DNA from: Zootoca vivipara | Lineage: Eukaryota | Assembly (NCBI RefSeq): GCF_963506605.1 | Contig: NC_083281.1 | Location: 60,388,001-60,452,000 of the forward strand | DNA: 64,000 nt | Reading direction: 5' to 3' | Program-made: the position numbers and the translations under genes | In this document: one piece after another, positions 13,645 to 36,764 of the stretch | Position numbering within the stretch: the first letter of the stretch is position 1 | Layout of the letters: each line of letters begins with the position of its first letter | The notes under the pieces: model-generated | Databases searched by the model: none | Told to the model about the DNA's origin: nothing | What the model saw: the letters and a program-made list of their open reading frames with translations, nothing else

Positions 13645-16600
13645 AAGCTCCAGCACCTCCCCTGTCTTGGTGACCTCATGGAATCCGATTGGTTGAAAGT
13701 CACACCAGAGATCAGGCTCTTGCTGCATCCCTTCTACCACAAACTAGGCTTCACCCTTGCCCAAACGCTTTAGGAAATTCAACGGAACTATCAATGAACA
13801 CGTTTCCAGCTGTTCCCCCCTGTCTGGTAGCTTTGGCCCGTTGCTCCACTCCCAATAACTATAAAGCAAAGGGCACCATGCTCATCAAACCTATGGCAAC
13901 CAAGCTGGACTCATCAGCCAGAGTGTGGCTTCCAAGAACACTGAGGACTGAGTTACCTATCAGTCCCAGCCAACCTGGTCAATGGCCAGAGTTGGTAGGA
14001 GCTGCAGTCCAGCAAATAAACAAGAGGCCATCACAACAGCTACCCTGCCTTTGGAGGCCCTTTCTAGGACACAGGTCCTGCTTGCAGGCTTCCCTTAGGC
14101 ATCTGGAGCTGTAGTTCAATGGTAGGACATCTTCCTTTGCATGCGGAAGGTCCCAGGTTCAATCCCCAACATCTCCAGGTAGGGCTGGGAGAGAACTCTG
14201 TCTGAGATCCTGGAAAGCTGCTGCCAGTCAGTGTGGCCAATACTGAGCTAGATGGGCCAGTGGTTTGACAGCTTCCTACCGTATGTCCTATGGCTGGCCA
14301 CTGAGCAAACAGGCTGCTGGACTGGACGGTCCTTTGGCCTGATCCAGCAGAGCTCTTCTGACATTCTTGCATCCTCTCCCAACAGTCCAGCAAGACGCTT
14401 CCTCCTTTCTGGAGTCATTCATGAGTAACCTTTACTCCAGTACTCTCCTGCTCTTTCCCCTTTCGCCCTCACTGGGTTTAAGCACTGGTAGGGGACCCCA
14501 TCACATGTTCTGTACTGCCGAAGTGCCAAGTACACTCCTGTCTCTAAGTAAAAGTTTAACTGCTGTTCAAAGGAGACCAGTTGCCTTTCTTTTTTGGAGT
14601 CGAACGCATGAACATGCAAGAGGCGCCTGAGCTTCCCCCAGCGGAGGAGAGGATCCTTTTTGAAATCTGTTGCTGGGGAGCTCCAGGCAAGGCCGGAAAG
14701 GTAATGGTCACCTCTGACAATGAGGCCGAGAGGCCCGGGTGACCACCTTCCCCTTCTTGCCAGCCTCTCAGCTTGCACAAGGGCCCCAACAGAGCTGCCA
14801 AGTGCCACCCGGGCAGGTGCTGCCGTCTCTCAGCCTCCGCCCAAGCATTCCTCATTAGCCAATTAATTAGCTAATCAAGCAGCTCATTAGCAGCTTCCGG
14901 TGGCATTTCAAGAACAGCCTGTCTTTGGACGCGGAGGCGGTGATGGGCACCTGCACAAACAGACCTGGGAAGGGATTCAGCCTGCCTGCTTGCGTTTGCT
15001 GGCTGGCTGCGGCACAGGGGCTCTGTGTAGGAGAGGATCAGCACCAGGGTAGCAGGTGGAGGCCGTTTCCTGCTTTTCGTGGCCCCTGCGTAGCCCTGCC
15101 TGCTACCCAGCAGAGAGGGGGCAAGCTAGGAAGACACAGGCAGGCACACACATGCACACGAGACCCCGGTCTGCCTTACAGTGCAGAAAAGATACTGAAA
15201 CTAGCCCAAAGCTGCCCTGTAGAGCCTGGCATCCGCCTGTAAGCCTCTGCACTTTAGACCACAGCTCCAACAGTCACTAATATATATATTTTTAATGACC
15301 ACTGTTATAACCTTGGTACGCCACTGAATACCAGTTGCTGAGGGCACAACAGCACGAGAGGGAGGACCATAGCTAAGCTGTAGAGCCTCTGCCTTGCACA
15401 CAGAAGGTCCCAGGTTCAATCCAGGTATGGCTAGGGAAAACGCCTGCCTGAAACCCTGGAGAGCCACAGCCAATCAGTGAAGGCCACAGCTCTTTAAGCA
15501 GTCGGTCAGGTCCCACAGGTGGATCAAGAGGCTATACCAGGTGGCTTGCAGCATGTCTGCCATGCTGGATTCCAGATAAGGCTGACTAGGCCAAAAGAAC
15601 ACTACATGTGGTGTCTAGGGCACATTAGGGCACATTCGTCTGATGACACACACCTTTTATCGATTTCCACGCGTGCTGCAACATGGCAGGAGAAAGGCAC
15701 AAGCCATTTTTAAGAACGTACATATTTCTGGCCAAGCACATGCCCCACCACCCTACATCTATGCTTCTAGAGAGGAAGCTCTGTATGGAGCAGGGGCACT
15801 CTGTTCACTTTCGAGTCTACTTCTATGGCTATCTGGACTTCTCCCAGAATGCAAAAATTAGGGGTTTTTTTCAAACAGCTTCTCAGCCTTTTGACTAAAC
15901 ATAAGTGTAACAACCACTGCTTTTCATTTGGTAGCAATGCTAAAGCATACTGCTCTGTGAATTACTATTTTAGGATTAATAATGTGCATTAAGTATAAAT
16001 CAAATGTGGACATTTGACAGTGGGTCCCATGTTGCAGGTTCTGAGTCAGAGGTAGGACTTGGGTCTGGACCAGTTGAAGACCACGGGTGTGGACAATACT
16101 GAGCTAGATGGACCGATGGTATGAAGCAGTTCCCTAGGACTCCACGTAGGGGTTAACCTGAGACTCACTTTTAAATGAAGGGCCCTCTGTGTGCTGAAGA
16201 AGAACAGCCAATTGCTTAAAAAGGAGCTGAATTGTGGGATCACAATTCTGCAGACAAGCAGGGGGGGTGGGGAGCGAGAAGCGAAAGTTTCTTTTTTAAA
16301 ATGAGTAAGGAATGAATTGTGGGTTTGATGCAGACTACAACTGTGATTATTATTGCTATTTTTATTCCACTTTTCAGAGTTGCCATTTCCCAAAGCAGAC
16401 TAAAAAAAAATGAGAGGAGTGTAGGGGAAAGGTAGATGATGGGGATCAGTTCTTTTAAAGCCAAAGAAGTAAGCTGCATGAGATGGCATTTGTGGTATGA
16501 AAAGGGCCAGGCTAATCTCCCCTTGCTGGTTCTCTTGCCTGAATAGCAATTGCTAGCGCTTGTTCCATTAGCAGATGACAGATGGGGCCACAGCATCCTC

Positions 16601-17036
16601 TCTCCTTGCTTCTACAGTCCCAGAGTGACAGGCAATGGGAGTGGAGAGCAGGGAGGCCAGCTTCTTGTATCGGCTCGTTCTCTGGCCAATGGATGGGGTC
16701 AGGTTGGTCTCTTATTTGCCCCAATTCTGAGCCACTGCTTTGGCAGTCTGACCAGGCAGTGCCCAAGAATGGAATCTGATCAGATACCAGCTTCACAAAG
16801 TGGCACAAGGCTGGCTTGGGGAGGGTGATGTGAGTAGTCCCCTGCCCCAAGGAGAATGTGCCTGGGCCAATCACCCTGGAAGCCCCCCCCCCCCAAATTG
16901 CCTCTGCTGGAGCTAAAGCACATCTAAAGCTGGACTAGGCAAAAAGCAGCGCCATTCCTGGGGAAGGGAGCCCTCTTGTGGAAAACCTGTTTAATGCAGA
17001 ACCACACAGAGAATTTGAGGGAGCGATACTGTACAG

Positions 17037-17521
17037 CAGCGTTTCTCAACCGCTGTTCCGCGGCACACTAGTGTGCCGCGAGACGCTGGCTGGTGTGCCG
17101 CAACGTGCGGCGACAAGAAGGGCGATTTGCATTGTCACGTGCCTGGCGGCCGCCAATTCCCAACAATAACCCGCCGGAAAGGAAGCCGGCCGGGTCACAA
17201 CGCGGAGCGAGCGCAGCTCTCAACAGCCACCACCACGGGAGGGTGGTTTTAGACAAACTTAAAGAAGCTGGCTGGATGAGCTCAACCTGAAACTTGCCGA
17301 GCAAAGGATTGTGCTGGCAGAGAAATCAGCGGCTTGTGAAGCCTTATTACAGGAGATCGCAACCAACACAGCAATTGGCAAGTGTTTCTTACAGTCATAA
17401 TTATATAGTCAATATAGGGCGGCACAGAGTTAAATTTTTTAACTTTTTTAATGGTGGTGTGCCTCGTGATTTTTTCCATGGAACAAGTGTGCCTTGGTCC
17501 AAAAAAGGTTGAGAAACACTG
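17037..17521. mobile_element. Non-autonomous hAT element
   Basis: TIRs CAG(C/T)GTTTCTCAACC; 8-bp TSD CTGTACAG at 17029-17036 and 17522-17529. Confidence 0.85.
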
Positions 17522-17529
17522 CTGTACAG

Positions 17530-17665
17530 CAGGCATCCCCAAACTTCGGCCCTCCAGATGATTTGGACTACAATTGCCATCTTCCCCAACCACTAGTCCT
17601 GTTAGCTAGGGATCATGGGAGTTGTAGGCCAAAACATCTGGAGGGCCGCAGTTTGGGGATGCCTG
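17530..17665. mobile_element. hAT MITE (~135 bp, palindromic), copy 1
   Basis: CAGGCATCCCCAAACT...AGTTTGGGGATGCCTG; TSD CTGTACAG at 17522-29 and 17666-73. Confidence 0.88.
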
Positions 17666-18947
17666 CTGTACAGAGTTTACCAACCTTTTTGGATCGGGGG
17701 AGGGACGTAACACCAGAAAGAACTGTCAGGAGCCATGCTGTGTATCGGGAGCTGCAAATTCAATTCCCTGCCCTCAACTCAGACACCAATTCTCAGACAT
17801 AAGAGCTAGAACAGCAGTTGCTCTTTCATCATGTTGCAGATGGCATGACCACCTATTGGACACTGTAAACTGCCCTGTGGCGACAATTTTTCTTACAAAA
17901 TGAAATAGGAAGGATTGGGCCTTCTGAGTAATTGAACATGGTATGCGGACACTGTGGATAGAAATCAAACTTGGATCTCATTCAAAAGGAGCAGCTTTGG
18001 GGCCACGGCAGGGAAGGCAGGGATGGCGACAGGGCAGGAAACCCTTCTGAGCCCCCGGGGCTCTGTCAGTGCCTAATCTGGCTGACCGTTGGCACTGACC
18101 TTAGTTTTTGTAACCCTCCTTTCCTCTATGTAGGATCCCCAAGGGCAGGATTATCCACTCATTCTCCCAGCCTGCTCCAAGAGTGAAGAAACCTATGTAA
18201 ACCTAACCACCTACTAATTTTCAGAGATAGTTGGCATCTGCCTGCCTTGAGACTTAGAGACAATGGAGTGTACCTCCGGCGGTTAATTAAAATCACTACC
18301 TTATCAGTACTGAAGTGACCTCCTTGGGATGCAGGCCTGGCCAGTGTGTATGGAGGTACTGGGCTGCCCATAAGACCCCCCTCTCGGCCTCGCTGATGTG
18401 GTCCAAAGGAAAGCAGAGCAATACCTTTGGCACCAGCTTGACTGCAGGAGTTTCCAAAAGTTGGTGTACAAAGCATCATCTAACCGTCTTATAGAGTCTC
18501 CACTCCAGATTTGTGTAGGGTAGCCTTTTCTTCCCTCGAAGATACCTTGCAAGGCAGCAGAGTTCTCCTTCTCCTAGATTGGGTACCTTCCCAGGTTGAC
18601 AAACCTCATCTGCCTCACTTCCCTCTACAACACACACAGAAACCACCTTCTTGATCATTGGACCCACTATTGATCTCATCCTCCCAATCCACTGGAGCCT
18701 GCCTTTGCATGCAGAGGAAGTTCCTAACTTACTGAGTGTTTGAGACTCATTGGATACCCTCGCCTGGCTTAGCTGCCCAGTTGAAGCTGTTCTCCTGGCA
18801 TGACTGCTGTTGCATGTTGACAGCTTTTAAGAGCCCCAGGTGAGAGTTGAGTGCAGAATGGGGACCAAAAGGAGCATGATGTGTGTGTTCCCCTAGTGGT
18901 ACTACCCCTCTCCTAAAACCCCATACGCCCCGATTTCCAGAGAGTAA

Positions 18948-18953
18948 TTTATT
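18948..18953 (-). terminator. Candidate CHMP1A poly(A) signal AATAAA
   Basis: TTTATT on + strand ~1.6 kb past the CHMP1A stop, at the end of a U-rich 3'UTR-like tract. Confidence 0.5.
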
Positions 18954-19672
18954 TAAAACAGCATGAAAGAAACAATAGCATTCGCTTTAATTTTTTTTTA
19001 ACTAGAGGTGGAGGAAGGCAAAACAGAGTAGTGTTTTTCCCAAAAAAAGAGCTGGGAGGATGTGGCACTCCATAACCCCTTTCCAACAAGCCTTTCACAA
19101 TGAAAACACACCCTCTGTTCCCACACCCCACCCCACAAAGTGCGGCTTAGAAGAACAGGAACAGCACAAGCATAAAGGCCAGGCCCTTCGGAGACAGAAT
19201 GGTGGGAGGAGAGAGACCTCATTTTGAATACGAGCAGCAAAGTGGAACAGTGTGGTTTCTTACAGGAGAGGTGAGCTCTAAGACCAAAGAGGTTCTTGCT
19301 CTCTTGACACTGGCTCTGGCAGAAAGGTCAAAGCAACACCATTGAAGACGAGAACCTAATCCTGTTAAGCCCCACCCAGTTTCCACCCAGAGTAAGTTTC
19401 CACCCAGAGTATTAGGAGGTCCCAAGTCTTATTGAAAGGGGGGGGGGAGAGAGAGAGAGCAGGGGGAAGAGCTGCTCTGGAACCAAGAGGCAAACTTCTC
19501 CAATATGACAAATCAGGGGGAAAGACCCAAGCATCTCTGTGCATGAGAGTTCCCCTTCCAGAAGTTTGAGGAAAGGTACATGCTGGACAAGGGTGAACTG
19601 AAATGCAGAACATGAGCAAAGAGTTCTTAGGAGGGCTAGCAGAAGAATCAGAGGGTATAGAATCAGCAAATG

Positions 19673-19674
<2 letters not shown>

Positions 19675-19745
<71 letters not shown>
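19675..19745. repeat. Compound (TC)n(TG)n microsatellite in the CHMP1A 3'UTR region
   Basis: Seen directly. Other STRs: (CA)n ~380-405, (ATC)n ~9612-9650, (TAGG)n ~25577-25604, (TTA)n ~34491-34530, (AAC)n ~42030-42072, (GT)n(GTAA)n(GTCA)n ~62543-62618. Confidence 0.95.
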
Positions 19746-19750
<5 letters not shown>

Positions 19751-20562
19751 GGAGGGAGAGAATAAAGGAACATTAGTTTCAAAGGTCACTTAATGGTGTG
19801 TAAATCCAAAATGGTGTGTAAACAGACAGGCAGGGGAGGGGAGAAAGGTGCACAGTCATTCTCTCAACAAGCTCACTTTGTAGCACAATTCCAATAGTCT
19901 GATTTCCACAAGCCATCCCCTAAAACAGCCTTCCCTGACCTAGTGCTCTCCAGATGCTGTTGACCACAACTCCCATCAGCTATAGAAGCTGGGGTTTGTG
20001 GGAGTTGTAGTCCAAGGATCTGGAGGGCACCAGGTCAGGGAGGCTGCCCTTAGCCAAGTAAGTGATTGATATTAGGAGAAACAAACAGCACACCTGCCTC
20101 CACACACCAGACACAGGCTCCAGATATAAAGGTTTTAAGTCTTGCAAAGGCTCTGCCTGAATCATTTCTAAGAGCTATATGCTCCTGTTCCTTTCATCCA
20201 ATGACTTTCAGGCACAAGAGGATGAGGAAAGTGTGGGCTGAAAAAGAAGTTGTTGTTGTTGTTTGGGGGGGGGGGCGGAGAACCATTCCAATAAATTTGC
20301 CTCCCAATCACGCCATCCCAGCCAAGTCTAGGCAAGTTCATGCACAGATGCTTGCTGCTGTCACTGTCTTTAGGGAGTCAATTGCCATCACCGTGAAAGG
20401 ATTTAAAGTCCATTGCTGAACATAGCAGGCCTGGAGGAGTCGAGGGACCAGTCTTGCTTCCGATCACCGTAGGATGGGGTGGCCAGGGGCCTCCCGCAGG
20501 AAGTCCACAAATCATAGTTGAACAAGGCAGAAGCAACAGTCCATTAGGGAGAGTAGAGAGGG

Positions 20563-30849
<10,287 letters not shown>

Positions 30850-31130
30850 TCTGACTTGAGTCCTCTGTCTACTCCGCTGACCAAAACTTCCGGGCTCCCT
30901 CCTCGCCCACTTCCGGGTTCTCTCTCCAGCCTCTTCCGCGTCGTCTCGAACGCGATCTCAGCCACGCCTCGCGAGATGACGGTCTATCACGACCGCCGTC
31001 ATCTTTCTTACCGCGCCGCAGTCTCGCTCACCGGATCCGTGCTGGCGCATGCGTAGACTTAAAAAGAAGTCACTCGCGGGCACGCCCAGCAAGACAAGGC
31101 TCGTAGGTGGCGGTTCCTATGGCAACGAGG
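30850..31130. promoter_or_regulatory. CpG-rich bidirectional promoter, CHMP1A/SPATA33
   Basis: CpG-dense segment upstream of the CHMP1A ATG with two ETS sites (ACTTCCGG at ~30886 and ~30909), CTCGCGAGA (BANP-like, ~30968), GCGCATGCG (NRF1-like, ~31045) and an RFX X-box GTTCCTATGGCAAC (31113-31126). Confidence 0.75.
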
Positions 31131-32021
31131 GAGAAAGAAAACGAAGTTGATGAGATGCGGGAAAAGCGCTTGTGCACAGCTTGGGAATAATTGAAGCACG
31201 AAGCAGATATAAATCTTATTTGCATATCGATATGATTGTTTTTTACATATTGCTGTTGTTATTATTGCGTATTATTTGGCGGTGGTGATGATTTCCATCA
31301 TCATCGTGTATTTAGGGCTGCATATAGAAGAATTAGGATAAAAATAGTGTATTTAGGGCTGGACAAAAAATAGACGGGTTCCTACTCCAGAATGGCTTTC
31401 AAACTAACAAATCTTTGACACATAGAAAAGGAAGAAACAATGAAGGGGAGAAGAAAGGAAGCGAATTTAGTGTTCAGGCACTATTGCTTTCCAAATAAAT
31501 AGACATTGGCCATGGATAGTTCATAGCACAGCACCATGCACATTGTGCTTGGACTGCCTCTTGAGAATGTTTCTGCTGGTTGTATGATACTTTAATGGTT
31601 GCAGCATAACTTTGGAGCATAATTGAGCGGCAGCAAAATTATCCCCATTCTACTGACTGGTGAAGATGAGGTTGTGTTGACTAGAGCACTGGTCTTCAAC
31701 AGGTGAGGTTGGGTGGGATCCTCTACTGTGTGACAGCTTGACCCAAACTGCAGGGCTGTCTACCACCATGCAAATTTACTACTACTACTACTAATAATAA
31801 TAATAATATTAGAATTTAAAGACCACCTTTCTTTTCAAGAAGAATATGGCCAACTTTCACTTGGAGGAAGGATATTGATAAACTGGTACATTTCCAGAGA
31901 AGGAGATAAAGATGGTAAGGTGTCTGGAGAACCAGTCTGATGAGAAAAGGTTGAGTTGGTTATGTTTAACTTGGAGAAGAGATGATTAAGAGGCAATATT
32001 CAGAGGCCATCTTCAAATTTC

Positions 32022-32368
32022 CAGGGGTCAGCAAACTTTTTCAGCAGGGTGTCCCTCAGACCTTGTCGGGGGGTGGACTATATGGGGGGTGGGTGAACAA
32101 ATTCCTATGCCCCACAAATAACTCAGAGATGCATTTTAAATAAAAGGACACATTCTACTCATGTAAAAACACGCTGATTCCTGGATCATCCGCGGGCCGG
32201 ATTGAGAAAGCAATTAGGCCGAATCCGGCCCCTGGGCCTTAGTTATTATTATTATTATTTATTATTATTTATACCCCGCCCATCTGGCTGGGTTTCCCCG
32301 GCCACTCTGGGCGGCTTCCAACAAATATAAAAAGACATTAAAATATCACAGATAGTTTGCCTACCCAT
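32022..32368. mobile_element. hAT element (same family as 7841) interrupted by a LINE 3' end with an (AAT)n tail
   Basis: Shares sequence with 7841-8161; insertion ~32244-32352 begins (ATT)n and is flanked by TAGTT repeats. Confidence 0.7.
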
Positions 32369-34487
32369 GGGCTAGCACATAGATGATGGAGCATCTTTGT
32401 TTTCCATCACTCTAGCTAAATATTAGAAAAAGCTTCATGGCAGAATGAAATGTTTGATGGTACAAACAGTTTTGGAGGGTTCTTCAGGGTCACCCACAAT
32501 GGGAAAATAGGGGAGTCCCCTTACTCTGTCCCAATATCACTTACCTGTCATCACCAAGAGTCTTGCAACATCCAAACCATCCTAGTGCAAGTTCCAAAAA
32601 GGTCAGTGCACTTTAGAAAAGTTAGATCCAGTGTAGTGCAGTGAAGGGGATTTAGGATTTGCCTATGGGAAATGCCTCCCAACCATGATGGGAGTGGCTC
32701 AAGATCTATTACTCTTCACTCTAACTTCTCTCTCCTGAGATGGTTTTGTCTGAGGATGTAAGAAAAAAAATCATTTGGATATGGTGAGAGGGATATAATA
32801 AATATAAAATGGTGGTGGGAGAAAACATGCCAAACACTAATAAGCCCAAGAGAAAAAAGTGTGGAAGAAAGGAGGGAAACCCGTACTTTCTTTCAGCACC
32901 CCAGACATTGCCATGGATAAAGGGTCCTGCGGAGGATATCACAGGAGTCTTTTCCTGAGCTGAATCAGCCCCCTCCTGCTGTGCATCTGGTGTGCTGCTT
33001 CTTTGATGATGATGGCGCTGGTTGGTGCTGAGTCACAAAAGGGCCCAGACAATGCAATCAAGGATGGAGTAGTGCCAATGTCAGGGGAGGAAGGACTGTA
33101 GGCTCATCTATGGGGGGGTCTCACAGCAAGCATGAAGATGTGGGAGGAGGTAAAATGTTCTTGTTCCTCTTTACAGAATGATGTCCAAGAAGGGTTCAGG
33201 TTAGTGCCAGGTAACAGTTGGCATGAGCAGAATGAGGTCAAGCCAGCCTAATGGCTATGGCTTGTAAATGAAGTGGGTTGGGGGAGGAGAGTTGCTCATC
33301 CTTTTGAGAGCATGCCATTTTGGGTGAGAGATGGAGGCAGCCTGGTCACTACACAGGCAGCAGGATGTGGTGGTAGGATCCTGAGGTGGTAGAATGAATG
33401 GTACCACTTCAGGCTGCAAGTAGGAGATAACATTTGTGAAAACCCCTCGGCAAGTAAAAACACAAACACATCAAGGGGAAAGGTTCTATCCCAGCCTCCT
33501 TCCTGATCTGCCAATTTTTTATATGCAGGGACAGTTTTTTGTTTTGTTTTTTAATGTCAGGGACCATTCAGAAATGCGATTCCCCCCTGCAGCAAAAAGT
33601 AGCACATTCCATTCTATTACCCCATTACCACTTCATTCTGCTGCACATGTACAATCCTCTTCAGGCTTCGGTCCTGGAAGCAAGTACTGCAGAAAATGGT
33701 GGAACTTTCTTCTCAGTAAATATGCCAAGAATCAGGGTACCACAGCACTTAATTTAAAAGAACAGTCAGTCAGTTAATGCCTGCCTCTTCCAACATCCCA
33801 CAAGTTCTCATTTTTATTTTTTATTTCTAACACACCCTACATTTACAGCACAAGCTTTTCCTCCAATAATCATGGGAACTGTAGTTTGTTAAGGTTGCTA
33901 GGAATTCTTGCTCTGTGAGGGAAACACTACATTTCCCAGGATTTGTTGCGGGAGGCTGCTTTAAATGTATGGTGTGGACGTGACCTAAGCATTTACATTG
34001 CGTTTTTCATTGGATATTTCAGTCTCAGAGTGGGAGTCAATTAAATAGCTAATAATTCAAATCTACAGAAAAAAGATATCAATATACATAAATTACAGAA
34101 TCCATAAAAACAAGTCTAATAAATAGGAAACAAATTAACAGCACTATCATAAAACAAAGCTAAAGTTCAATGAGGACAATTAGAATGTCATGTTCGTAGA
34201 ACCAGATCAGCAGGTCTTGCTTGATATGTTTGTTTTCTGAGTGGGAAACTAATTAGCATGGCTTCTGTGAAACTAAAATTCTAGTAATTCCTATATTTGC
34301 ATATATATGCATAAATCAGCATATACAGATTTGTGTCCTAGTGCCTGTGCCCCTCTTCTTTTTAAGTATCTATGTAGCATGCCTCTGTGCCTGTTAAGCA
34401 CCACAGTTACTGTATTTGGGGGAGGTTTTAGCCTGGAAGCACCCATGTTATTGATCCTTAACTTGCTGGTCTTTGACCATATTAAAG

Positions 34488-34530
<43 letters not shown>

Positions 34531-35277
34531 GATCCTTAACCTCTCTCTGTCTTGTTCATAAAATAGGTAAGCCCTCTATGATATCAGTGGCACAAAGAAC
34601 CCTCTTGAAAGACTGTAGGGGGGGAATAAGTGTACAACTTACTTTGATTTCAGAGCAGATCTGCTGGAAATGAATGACAATTAGATTTAAAATAGACAAA
34701 TCTGTGGGGGAAGAGAAGTCAATCAATGGCTGTTAGTCACAACAGCTAAATGAAGTGTTCAGAGCATTCAGAGAGAGTCCTTCCAAGGGGAAGCAATAAG
34801 GGAGGAAGGCTATTCCCTTCATGGCTTGCTTATGGGTTCCTTGAAGTATCTAAGCCAGTGCCTGGGAGTGCAATTGTTAGAGCAGGGAACCTGTGACCCT
34901 TTAGAATTAGATGCTGCTGGACTACAACTCCCATCATCACTGATGGCCATCAGTCTGATCTTGTAAGGTGTTCATGTTCTGATTGGCTGCTGGTCTTTGG
35001 CAAAGAGCTAGCAAATGGTGAGATAAAAGATTGCTTGTTCTATTTAGTTTTTTTTTTATTTCATAGGAACGTGTCTTATCCCAAGTCAGACCATTGGTCC
35101 ACATATCTCAGCATTGTCTATAACTGTCAGCAACAATCCAAGATTTCAGGCGGGGGACATTTCCCTAGCGATGCCAGGAACCGAACCTGGGACCTTCTGC
35201 ATGCAAAGCATATGCTCTACCATTGAGCTACACCTGTCTCCTTTTCCATTCTTAATATTTGTATTTTTCCTTACCAG

Positions 35278-36764
35278 CTCATGTTCATAAAAATATAGAT
35301 GGTAGCAAGGTCAAAGAACCCAAGCCCAGCTTCCAAGAACAGAGCCAGCATATGTATGGAAACACTCAGCCTTCAACATCGGGTAAAGCAACGAAGAAGC
35401 CTGTGACACATCCTATGCAAGTAGATGGTGAGAAAGGGAGAACAGTGGGTCATAGTGACAGCAATAGCATATCTCATTTGCATGTTCTCAGTAGTCCTTT
35501 GTAGATATACATATACTTAGTGAAGCCAACATAGGCTATAAGGGTATTTTTTTCTAACCCACCTTATCTTGAGGGTTCGGAGTCTTCAACAGTATTTAAA
35601 AAACAAAACCAAGAGAAATGGTTACTATTTCTTTAAAAGATTTATACCCTGCTTTTTATTGAAAGATTCTCAAGGCGGTTTGCAGTAGAGTATAATAATA
35701 CCCAGCCCTCCCTCCATCAACCCAGCAGCGCTTTGTCCCTTGGCCAGAGTGCGACCCACTTAATTCCAAGTGCAGTTGGAGCCTCCTGGGAAGGAGGGAG
35801 GGGTGAAGCACAAAGACACTCTGCAGCTGCTCCTTCTCTGGCCCAGTCTTCACCTTACTGGGGCAATCTTCCTTGGAGGACAGAGGTGCAGCCTGCCACT
35901 TCCCCCTTTGTTCCCTGGCTGATAGCAGAGACAAGAGCATATTTCCCTTCAGCTCTGCAGTCCTGGTGCAACTATTATTCTCCATCACTAGGGCATCACC
36001 TCACTTCCACTTATATGGGTTGTCATTGTCACTCTTCAGCTGGAACTGAAGCAAACTAAATTGCCTGAGGCCTTGGTAACAGTGGTGCAGTGGTACATTT
36101 TGAAGAACTACAGGTCATCATGGCAGTCCCCTGTATCCAAGGAAGGGCCAAGAAGTCATACTGTTTAAACTGTTAGCATGAAGTCAGAACAACATCAAAG
36201 AAATGTGTTTACAGCCTCTTGATTATATTCCTCATTCTCTGACTTCCTCATTGACCTACATTGAGAGTGATCAGGAGTAAGCCAGGTGAGAGTGGGATCA
36301 CCCCAAGTTAACCTGCTCCTGCCTTGGAGGGAACAAACATAGCAGCTCTTGAGTGTCCACAACTAGCCTCCTCACACTTAGGATCCGAGAGAAGGTTTCA
36401 TGTCAGAAGCAGTTTTCCTGCAGATTTCGGCCTTGGCAGCTCTTTTTTGAAAATGAAATACTAAGTTCCGTCTTAGACAATTGCTGTTTCCCTTTGATAT
36501 TATTAATGTCCATTCCCCAGCCCAGTATGCAGCACTTTGATATTTCCTTCCTTCCTTGCAGTATCTACTGATAAACTTGCCAAGAAGAAAAGGCTTATTC
36601 CTAAGATCATTGTGACTGGGCCCTCTGAGGAAGTGCTGTTGAACAGTTATACTGATGAAATCCCCGAAACAAAAACCATCCGGGACACTGAAGACTTTGG
36701 CGCATACAGTGTACACACGAAGCCCAGCACTGTAGACGCTTATAGAACCAGCAAAGATCAGTGA
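35278..36764 (+). CDS. SPATA33: Spermatogenesis-associated protein 33 (last two coding exons; a candidate upstream coding exon is at 33178-33199)
   Basis: Exon 36562-36764 encodes IPKIIVTGPSEEVL...KTIRDTEDFGAYSVHTKPSTVDAY, matching the SPATA33 C-terminus (PQIIITRASNETL...RTIREPEDWGPY..HRNPSTADAY). Exon 35278-35427 is a phase 1-1 open exon. Syntenic position is between CHMP1A and CDK10. The start exon (ATG ATG TCC AAG AAG GGT TCA G|GT, 33178-33199) is phase-compatible but tentative. Confidence 0.8.

Noticed and set aside
18230-18700. Possible RTE-type 5'UTR remnant or hidden gene between DPEP1 and CHMP1A
   Set aside because: Resembles a repeat from memory only; no ORF, TSD or structure could be demonstrated.
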